The notes beneath the pieces are model-generated. The model was given only the letters and a program-made list of their open reading frames with translations. It did not search any database and was not told the DNA's origin. A stretch of 20,000 bases of DNA, taken from IMG/VR virus record IMGVR_UViG_3300025502_000013, one strand, 5' to 3'. Within the stretch, counting starts at the first letter, position 1. Each line of letters opens with the position of its first letter. This DNA comes from an uncultured virus (IMG/VR IMGVR_UViG_3300025502_000013) (lineage: Duplodnaviria; Heunggongvirae; Uroviricota; Caudoviricetes). Made by a program: the position numbers and the translations under genes. This document shows positions 8,610-15,129 of this stretch, piece by piece.

Positions 8610-9038
8610 ATGAGTAGCAATCTTGACATGGAGTGGGTAAAGTCCCAGCTCCAGGAAGCTAAAGTTCGAAAAATAATTGGTGACTCTGTTATTAATTTAA
8701 TTGAACACCTTGAAACTTTTGACAAACTCAGTGACGAGCATAGGGTGACTGTTGTCGACCTTTTCTCTAAACTAGCCGTTGGACACGCACATATCAAAGT
8801 TAATGAGGACGAGATGTGGATCCAAGTTACCCCCGGTCAAATTAAAGTAGCTGACCAAATTAGGGTCAGGTCTGACGCCTTCACAGGGCCCCTAGGAGCC
8901 GCCCACAACGGCAGGCGGGGTGTAGTTGTGGCTGTTCGCTACGGGGATGTAATTATTAAATCTAGTGACGGAAGGGAGCCGGTACTAGACGGAGCGCACT
9001 ACGCACCACAAAAGCTAGAAAAATTAATTATTACGTAA
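8610..9038 (+). CDS. Hypothetical protein (helical N-terminus, possible SH3/KOW-like C-terminal domain)
   Basis: ATG at 8610 has an AAGGAAAG SD. IKVADQIRVR...NGRRGVVVAVRYGDVIIK resembles an SH3-like barrel. Confidence 0.7.
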   Translation: MSSNLDMEWVKSQLQEAKVRKIIGDSVINLIEHLETFDKLSDEHRVTVVDLFSKLAVGHAHIKVNEDEMWIQVTPGQIKVADQIRVRSDAFTGPLGAAHNGRRGVVVAVRYGDVIIKSSDGREPVLDGAHYAPQKLEKLIIT

Positions 9039-9066
9039 TTACATAACAACAGAATAGGGAGCTACA

Positions 9067-9348
9067 GTGCGTAAACCGTGGGATTTTGAAGAACCCCTTT
9101 GTGCTGAGGTAGGCGTAGAGCTATTTTTTGCTAGGGACTCTGATGACAAAGAACAGTTGCTCCGTACCACCTCGTATCAAGAAGCAAAAAGTCTTTGCAA
9201 CAAATGTGTGCACCAAATGGAGTGTGCCGAGTGGGGTATTAAAAATGAAGAGCACGGAGTGTGGGGCGGTCTCAGCCCCACCGAAAGAACCGCAATAAGA
9301 AGAGTTAATCGCATCCCTATCACACCCAGGCAAAACATAATACGCTAA
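9067..9348 (+). CDS. whiB: WhiB-family Fe-S transcription factor
   Basis: C...LFF...AKSLCNKC-x5-C...GVWGGLSPTER. GTG start with a GGGAG SD. Confidence 0.95.
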   Translation: MRKPWDFEEPLCAEVGVELFFARDSDDKEQLLRTTSYQEAKSLCNKCVHQMECAEWGIKNEEHGVWGGLSPTERTAIRRVNRIPITPRQNIIR

Positions 9349-9360
9349 AATTATATTATG
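9346..9360 (+). promoter_or_regulatory. Putative -10 element of a leaderless promoter
   Basis: TAAAAT-TATATT-ATG with no SD. Confidence 0.45.
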
Positions 9361-9648
9361 AATGCAGAACCTGTTAAGTCTCCAGTTCCCGTATGCGAAA
9401 CATGTTGGATTGCAAAAAACTCCACATGGGAGCCCCACAGCATGGATGACAATGGGAGTATCATGATGCGCCTTAAGGACGTTGAGATCCCGATGAAGTA
9501 CAACACAGGGACGGTAGAGATATGTGACTACTGCGGAAAAGTAACTATTGCTGGGATTTATCATTTAATTAGTAGAGACTCTCATTTTGGATTTGGCCTT
9601 GCTGAGCTGGAGTCGGCTTTTTCTGAGACAGATGATGAGGATGAATGA
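9358..9648 (+). CDS. Hypothetical zinc-ribbon-like protein with acidic tail
   Basis: CETC and CDYCG pairs. ATGA overlap with the next gene. Confidence 0.75.
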   Translation: MNAEPVKSPVPVCETCWIAKNSTWEPHSMDDNGSIMMRLKDVEIPMKYNTGTVEICDYCGKVTIAGIYHLISRDSHFGFGLAELESAFSETDDEDE

Positions 9649-9962
9649 TCGACAAAAGACTGGGCGACTACCTCTGGGTTGAGTGGCCCGAGGAAGAACA
9701 TCTTTACTACACCCCGGAGCATGTTGATATTGACCAGGAGATTGTGAGAAGAGCTCTTGCATCGGCTCTGCAGAGAGACGGCCTTGTGGATAGTCTTTTT
9801 GCGGGCTTTGAAGCTATTGCAGAGGCAACAGTAGAGCAGGGCTGGATGGGAAGTCTGACCGATGATATTGAAATGCTGATATGTGACGAAGAAGGGGAAA
9901 CATTTTACGGAGAAATAGTAGAAAAAGCACTTCCCTGCACCTGGGTAAAAGTCTATATTTAA
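9645..9962 (+). CDS. Hypothetical acidic protein
   Basis: 105-aa ORF with a GAGG SD, translationally coupled to the upstream gene. No family recognised. Confidence 0.72.
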   Translation: MIDKRLGDYLWVEWPEEEHLYYTPEHVDIDQEIVRRALASALQRDGLVDSLFAGFEAIAEATVEQGWMGSLTDDIEMLICDEEGETFYGEIVEKALPCTWVKVYI

Positions 9963-9963
9963 G

Positions 9964-10024
9964 AAACGCCCATATCCTTTTTGCAAGGCTTTTTTGGGTG
10001 TTTGTAGTGTAAAATAGTATTGTG
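9964..10024 (+). promoter_or_regulatory. Intergenic inverted repeat and putative leaderless promoter of the second whiB
   Basis: AAACGCCCA (9964-9972) and TGGGTGTTT (9995-10003) form the arms. TAAAAT (10010-10015) sits 6 nt before the GTG at 10022. An alternative reading is TTGCAA-N18-TAGTGT. Confidence 0.5.
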
Positions 10025-10537
10025 TGGAACCCAGCGGATAACTTAAAATGGCAAAAAGATGCCGAATGTGCTAAACCAGCCAACAAAAAATATGTTGACT
10101 GGTTTTTTTCTAAAAAGCCTGAAGAAAAATATGCTGCCAAAAATCTTTGCTACAGTTGTCCCGTGAGATCTGAGTGCCTTCAGTGGTCACTTGAAAATAA
10201 ACAAATTTGGGGTGTGTGGGGCGGTAAGGATGAGGTGGAGATCCGCAGAACGCTTTCTGTCTCCTATAAAGGAGAGGAAGCGCGTAGACGTAGGTACCCA
10301 AACTGTCCCTACTGCAACGCAAGGCCTTTTCAGTTAGAGACTCGAATAGAAAACGTTCCCGGCGGGGGTAGGTGGAAAACTGCCAAGGTTGTTGTATGCT
10401 CCGAGTGCAATTTTAGCTGGAGAAGTAGAACAAGCGTTAACGCCATTGAGGCCTACAAGCAGATGCGCTCAGACCGAATTGCCCGTCGTGAAAGAGATAA
10501 GACTAAAAGACGTCGTACTCGAAAAAAGGCTACTTAG
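10022..10537 (+). CDS. whiB: WhiB-family transcription factor fused to a C-terminal C4 zinc ribbon and basic tail
   Basis: WQKDAEC...WFFS...AKNLCYSCPVRSEC...GVWGG, followed by CPYC...CSECNFSW and an Arg/Lys-rich end. Confidence 0.92.
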   Translation: MWNPADNLKWQKDAECAKPANKKYVDWFFSKKPEEKYAAKNLCYSCPVRSECLQWSLENKQIWGVWGGKDEVEIRRTLSVSYKGEEARRRRYPNCPYCNARPFQLETRIENVPGGGRWKTAKVVVCSECNFSWRSRTSVNAIEAYKQMRSDRIARRERDKTKRRRTRKKAT

Positions 10538-10856
10538 ACCCCGCTCCGTCAGGGTCGTCTTCGAATTCTAACGCCTCGGAGGGGCTGCTATCGCCCCGGT
10601 AGTGGAAACGATCGTCCATTGTGGCAAACGCTGTGTACGCAGTCAAAATAATGCTAATAAGGCTCACGCCCCCGATGATCATCTGAGAAGCGACCTGAGT
10701 ATCGGTAGAATACACAAAAGCCCCGAAAATAACCATCCCCGCGCCTAGACCATAAGACATATAAATTAGTCTACGACGGTGCTTCCAGGATGGTAGTTTC
10801 ATCCCATTACTAGGAGCTGGATCGGACTCTCGAGGCTGCAGAAGTTTAAAGCGCAT
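10530..10856 (-). CDS. Small membrane protein with two predicted TM helices (holin-like size; function unproven)
   Basis: Basic KHRRR, then LIYMSYGLGAGMVIFGAFVY and MIIGGVSLISIILTAYTAFA, with an acidic tail. Its 3' end overlaps the whiB stop by 8 nt. Confidence 0.7.
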   Translation of the reverse strand: MRFKLLQPRESDPAPSNGMKLPSWKHRRRLIYMSYGLGAGMVIFGAFVYSTDTQVASQMIIGGVSLISIILTAYTAFATMDDRFHYRGDSSPSEALEFEDDPDGAGSK

Positions 10857-10860
10857 ACCT

Positions 10861-11931
10861 CTATTTTACCTCATTTACCAACTTTGCTTTGCAAAGAGCC
10901 GCGTTATTTTTTAGCCGCTCATCGTCTGGACTAAGCTCGTAGGCCTTATCGGCATACTCAGATGCTCTTACATACTGCCCTAAATTATACGCAGCCACCG
11001 CAGCGTAGTCCCAAGGAGAAAATCCCCACGACTCTGCCTCACAAAGGTACTCTAAGGGCTTCTCTACAATGGCCAGGGCCTCTTGTGCGTGCTTTAAGCA
11101 GTTGATCCAGTCTTGGCGGTCATAGTAAAGTTTTACGAGGTCTACGAAGGGCTCACGGCGTCCTGGGGCCTGTGCAATGGCCTTCTGGAACCAGTGCTCC
11201 GCCTCCGCCGGGAGGGATTTACCGATAAAGCGCATGGACGCCGCCCTCTCGGGTGCCCAGTGGGCCGTAGGCAGCTCCAAATGGCGCTTTAGCTCTTCTG
11301 CAGCCTCCATGTACCTGCCATAAAAGTAGAGCTCCCGCCCGTAGTAGAAAGCGTTACGGTCGTTGTGCGGGTCCTCCTGAACAGAAAGAGCCAGGAGTGG
11401 GAGGTACTGCGAGCGACTTTTTGTTGAGTCAGGGCGGTGGTGTGTCTCAATCCCCTCTAGCCATTCTTGCTTCTCCTCGACACCAAAAGCGTAGAGGCAC
11501 TCGTGTACTGGGTGACGCCACCGGAACCCTTTACGACCATGAATGTGGTCGTAGCTGAACTCGAGCCCGGGGGTGCCGTCCTCATTGAAGGACCAGATAT
11601 GCTTGTACCGTGGACGATTTACCCCACGCCCCCACGCCTCTGTAAGAATCTTTTTCCACCCCGGGGTGATGACCTCGTCCATGTCAAGCGAGACACACAT
11701 GTCAATATCATCTGGAAGTGCTGCAAGAGCCGCGTTTCGTGCGTCCTCAAACCTCCAGGGGGACACCCGCACGTCTACCACGTTGATGCCCAGCTCAAGG
11801 GCCCGCTCTACAGTGCCATCAGTTGACCCTGTGTCTGCAATCAGAAGGTAGTCTGCGTCTTTGGCTGATTCGTACCAGCGGGCAACAAAGTCAACTTCAT
11901 TGAGTGCAATGGTGTAGATTGCTGATTTCAC
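10861..11931 (-). CDS. GT2-family glycosyltransferase with C-terminal TPR repeats
   Basis: YTIALNE, ADTGSTDGT, FEDARNAAL, LDMDE (DxD), WRHPVHE, and a helical TPR-like C-terminal half. Confidence 0.92.
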   Translation of the reverse strand: MKSAIYTIALNEVDFVARWYESAKDADYLLIADTGSTDGTVERALELGINVVDVRVSPWRFEDARNAALAALPDDIDMCVSLDMDEVITPGWKKILTEAWGRGVNRPRYKHIWSFNEDGTPGLEFSYDHIHGRKGFRWRHPVHECLYAFGVEEKQEWLEGIETHHRPDSTKSRSQYLPLLALSVQEDPHNDRNAFYYGRELYFYGRYMEAAEELKRHLELPTAHWAPERAASMRFIGKSLPAEAEHWFQKAIAQAPGRREPFVDLVKLYYDRQDWINCLKHAQEALAIVEKPLEYLCEAESWGFSPWDYAAVAAYNLGQYVRASEYADKAYELSPDDERLKNNAALCKAKLVNEVK

Positions 11932-11955
11932 TGCCCACTGGCTTTCTTTTGGCTG

Positions 11956-12120
11956 TTAGAGTTCGACTGCGCTAGAGAAGTTGATGACTCTCTTACTCAC
12001 GTAGCCACCCTCGGTGTCTAATTTTGCATCGGCAGCCTCGCGGGTAGGCGCAATAACTTGGATAGTCATTACAACCTCGTAGGCAAATACGGACGTGGTT
12101 TCTTCTGTGTCTTTGGTCAT
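11956..12120 (-). CDS. Small hypothetical protein (54 aa), absent from the ORF track
   Basis: MTKDTEETTSVFAYEVVMTIQVIAPTREAADAKLDTEGGYVSKRVINFSSAVEL*. It has a purine-rich leader (AAGAAAAGAGAG) and fills the gap between two co-oriented genes. Confidence 0.75.
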   Translation of the reverse strand: MTKDTEETTSVFAYEVVMTIQVIAPTREAADAKLDTEGGYVSKRVINFSSAVEL

Positions 12121-12153
12121 GGTTCTCTCTTTTCTTGTCGTGTTATTGGGAGT

Positions 12154-12732
12154 CTAGCCTACTTTTGTCACCCAGCACTGGTAGTCCTTGATTATGACTT
12201 CTATTTTGTTCTTGTAGATTTCAAGAAACGCGTCAATGGCCATCCCTGGGCGGTCCTCGGGTCCATCGCCCCCTGACCACTGGTAGTCATCAAAAGCCAG
12301 TATGCCCCAGGGTTTTAGGCACTCGTAGGCATTGACGGCATCTTTGAGAACTCCGTATGCTGTGTGGTCTCCGTCTATGTAAATGAAGTCAAATTTTTCT
12401 TGGTTATTTCTGAAGAAGTGGTCACTGGTCAATTTCACTTTGATAATTTTTTTCTCGTTGCGTGCCACTAAAATTTTTGCGTCATAGACGCTTTCTACCG
12501 TCCCCCAGTCCAGAGCGTGATGAGCCACCTCATCAGACCCTTCCCACGTGTCTACGTCGACAAGTACCGAGTCAGTGCCCCTGAGCACGTTGTTGTACAG
12601 CCACACACTGGCGTCCCCGGTGTAGGCGCCTATTTGGAGGGCACGTATATTTTTCCCACCATAGTCTGGAAGAACAATATTTTCAAAGTTCTCTTGGCCG
12701 TCTTTGGCAAACCAGTTGGGGAGGGTACTCAT
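12154..12732 (-). CDS. Class I SAM-dependent methyltransferase (Methyltransf_24-like)
   Basis: ALQIGAYTGDAS, VDVDTW, FDFIYIDGDH, GILAFDDY. Confidence 0.9.
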   Translation of the reverse strand: MSTLPNWFAKDGQENFENIVLPDYGGKNIRALQIGAYTGDASVWLYNNVLRGTDSVLVDVDTWEGSDEVAHHALDWGTVESVYDAKILVARNEKKIIKVKLTSDHFFRNNQEKFDFIYIDGDHTAYGVLKDAVNAYECLKPWGILAFDDYQWSGGDGPEDRPGMAIDAFLEIYKNKIEVIIKDYQCWVTKVG

Positions 12733-12750
12733 TCCTTGAGCCTACCACAA
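12730..12750 (-). promoter_or_regulatory. Putative extended -10 leaderless promoter of the methyltransferase
   Basis: The minus strand reads TGTGG-TAGGCT-CAAGGA-ATG. The AAGGA abuts the ATG, too close to act as an SD. Confidence 0.5.
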
Positions 12751-12777
12751 TGGGAGGGTGGTTTAGGGGCTAGTGCT

Positions 12778-14142
12778 CTAGCCAATAATGTTGATAGTGC
12801 CGACCATAGCTGAATGGTTTTGGCACTGGTAGTACAAAGTGCTTGGGGCACCAGCATCTATCGTAAACTGAAGCCCACCCACGGCGACACCGTTGTTCGT
12901 AACGCCAGTGTTGTATACGTCTCCCGAAGAGTAGCCCGCCCCAGTAGTCTGAATCCAAAATGGGTGCCCAGAAGCGTTTACAGTAAAGAAGTATGTGTTA
13001 CCACGAACTAGGGTTAATGTGGGATTATCGCTGCCGTCTATAACGTAGGCAGATGACCCGTTGTTAGTTACTTGAAAGTTCTCAATAACAGTAAGTCCGT
13101 CAGCCCCATCGGCTCCTGCAGGACCAGTAACTGTGCTGTCCCCGCCAACGGGTCCTTCGGGTCCCTCGTCCCCCTGGGGACCAGTGGGTCCAGTAGGTCC
13201 AGTGACCGTACTATCGTCACCTGTTGGTCCTGTGACCGAGGGTCCAGTAGGTCCTGTGGGTCCAGTTGGCCCTGTTACTGTGCTGTCCCCCCCGGCAGGT
13301 CCGGCAGGTCCGGTAACTTCGGGACCAGTAGGACCAGTTGCCCCTGTGCCCCCGGTGGGGCCTGTAGGTCCACCGGACGGCCCTGTGGAGCCCGTTGGCC
13401 CCGTAACCTCGGGACCGGTAGCTCCAACTGCGCCTACTGCACCGGTTGGTCCGGTCGGGCCAACGGGTCCCTGGATTGGTCCAGCGTCAGCCCACTCTTC
13501 GTTTAGGCTCGACCAGATGTACAGGTCCTCCTGAACAATGTAGCCGTCACCCACGTTCCCAACGGGATTGTCGGCTTCGAGAAATTCTAAAGCTGTATAT
13601 GTTCCAAGGATGCTAATTCCGGAGCCGCCCGGACCTGTGGGTCCAGCGCCCCCTATGCCGCCAGTGGGTCCAGTAGGTCCAGTAGGTCCAAGCCCAATGT
13701 AGGCCAATTGTTCCCAGCCACTGTTGTTTGTGTAGAAGTAAACCTCGCCGTTGCTGGGCTTTACCCATATGTTCCCAATCTCTGGGTACCCTGGCTGATT
13801 TTCTAGGTACGTGACAGTAGTAGTCCCAACAGTTTCGTAAAGCAAGTTCATAGAAAACGAGACACTATTTGTATTTGAAAGAACTGTAACTACATCATTT
13901 TCTTCAACAATAAATCTAAATGTTTCGTAGGACTGTCCAGCCTTCACTAGCAGATTGTATGTCAAATAGACTCTGCTGTTTTCGGAAGATGTCCCTGCTG
14001 GCTGAATGTACACTGTTGTTTCGGCTTCATTCAGAGATTTGTTTGCGACAATCACAGAGGACACACCCGTAGTACCAACTGCGGGCAACGCTGTGGGCGC
14101 GTTGGCTATCGGGTTAGCTACACCTACTCGGGTTACTGCCAT
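12778..14142 (-). CDS. Collagen-like virion fibre protein with C-terminal cupredoxin-like domain
   Basis: Two G-P-T-rich collagen tracts. The C-terminus has GHPFWI...[25 protein letters not shown]. The N-domain is paralogous to that of 14180-15118. Confidence 0.85.
   Translation of the reverse strand: MAVTRVGVANPIANAPTALPAVGTTGVSSVIVANKSLNEAETTVYIQPAGTSSENSRVYLTYNLLVKAGQSYETFRFIVEENDVVTVLSNTNSVSFSMNLLYETVGTTTVTYLENQPGYPEIGNIWVKPSNGEVYFYTNNSGWEQLAYIGLGPTGPTGPTGGIGGAGPTGPGGSGISILGTYTALEFLEADNPVGNVGDGYIVQEDLYIWSSLNEEWADAGPIQGPVGPTGPTGAVGAVGATGPEVTGPTGSTGPSGGPTGPTGGTGATGPTGPEVTGPAGPAGGDSTVTGPTGPTGPTGPSVTGPTGDDSTVTGPTGPTGPQGDEGPEGPVGGDSTVTGPAGADGADGLTVIENFQVTNNGSSAYVIDGSDNPTLTLVRGNTYFFTVNASGHPFWIQTTGAGYSSGDVYNTGVTNNGVAVGGLQFTIDAGAPSTLYYQCQNHSAMVGTINIIG
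13096..13695 (-). repeat. Collagen G-X-Y coding repeats (two tracts, about 13618-13695 and 13096-13481)
   Basis: 9-bp GGACCTACT-type repeats, with recurring interruptions GP[ES]VT and G[GD]DSTVT. Confidence 0.9.
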
Positions 14143-14179
14143 GTTGTTATCGCTTCCTTAATATCTATGGTGGGCACTG

Positions 14180-15118
14180 CTAGGCGGACAGACTTCTAAT
14201 TTCCAGGGCGCCAGTCATTGCTGGGTGAACAGAGCAGATGTATCGCCAGGTTCCGGGGCTCGATATAGCAACTTCCCAAAAAAGTTTTCCGCTTGTTTTC
14301 CCCTGAGCTAAGCTCCCTGTGGACAAAGTGCCGTCATCCTCGACGTGGGTTAGCCCTGATGTGATGTTGGAGTACCCACCGCCAGTGTCGAGCTGTATCT
14401 GGAAAGGATGAGACTCAGAGACGTTTGTGAGGTCAAAGCACAAGCTCGCCCCTGAGAGCGCGTAGATAGAGGGGTTGTCCCCTGTGTAGTGGCTGTTGAA
14501 CTGGTATGCTCCGGAGCCGTTATTTGACACGTCTAGTGTAGCAATTGCGTTGTAGGCGGGCCCTGCAGGTCCAGCAGGTCCTGTGGAACCGGAACCGGAA
14601 CCGGAGCCTACGGGCTCCCAGGTGGTAGAAGTTCTAATTTCTAAGGCTTCGAATTCTGTGTTGTACCTGACGTACCCTTCTTCAGCATCGCCTCGGCGTT
14701 CACCAGTTGTGCCTTTGTCCACATAGACAGTGTTGTTTATCCCACGAACTATCTTGTTTGTGAAAGTCTGCGCGAGGTCTCCTTGACCGACAGCGTCGTC
14801 CTGAAGAATTCCGTACAAGCTGAAAGAAACGCTATCGGTGCTGCTGCGGACAAAAACAGCGTCACCGGAGTTGACAGCAAATCTAAAAGTCTCAAAACTT
14901 ACCCCGTAACCCACGGTCAAGTTGTCAGCAATGTAGACGTACGAGCCCTCGGTTGATGACCCTGACGGAGCCACGTACACCACGATTTTTGGAATCGGAG
15001 TGAGTGAGGGGGAAATGTTGGTGACGATTATGGATATCAGGTAGCTGTGCTGAAAGGTGTACAACCCTGTGCTTACGTTTGTAGCGGGCCGAACCGCAGC
15101 TAATCTTTGAATTGCCAT
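14180..15118 (-). CDS. Virion protein paralogous to the downstream collagen protein, with short collagen linker and C-terminal cupredoxin-like domain
   Basis: ATG at 15118 has an AGGAGG SD. Shared ETFRF...SVSFS N-domain, phage GTTGER...YVRYNT...W motif, and SHPFQI...WRYICSVHPAMTGALEI. Confidence 0.85.
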   Translation of the reverse strand: MAIQRLAAVRPATNVSTGLYTFQHSYLISIIVTNISPSLTPIPKIVVYVAPSGSSTEGSYVYIADNLTVGYGVSFETFRFAVNSGDAVFVRSSTDSVSFSLYGILQDDAVGQGDLAQTFTNKIVRGINNTVYVDKGTTGERRGDAEEGYVRYNTEFEALEIRTSTTWEPVGSGSGSGSTGPAGPAGPAYNAIATLDVSNNGSGAYQFNSHYTGDNPSIYALSGASLCFDLTNVSESHPFQIQLDTGGGYSNITSGLTHVEDDGTLSTGSLAQGKTSGKLFWEVAISSPGTWRYICSVHPAMTGALEIRSLSA

Positions 15119-15129
15119 GGGTACTCCTC

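Noticed and set aside
12154..12732. DNA methyltransferase or restriction-modification role
   Set aside because: It lacks DPPY/NPPY or PC catalytic motifs. The IDGDH and DDY motifs fit small-molecule or sugar O-methyltransferases.
13287..13293. C7 homopolymer as a phase-variation or frameshift site
   Set aside because: It is explained by Ala-Gly-Gly-Asp codons (G7 on the coding strand), is short, and the frame is intact.
13133..13534. Plus-strand ORF that also reads as collagen (GPVGPVGPV)
   Set aside because: Gly-Pro codons (GGN CCN) are nearly self-complementary, so the antisense of GPT repeats reads as GPV automatically. It has no SD and no other domains.
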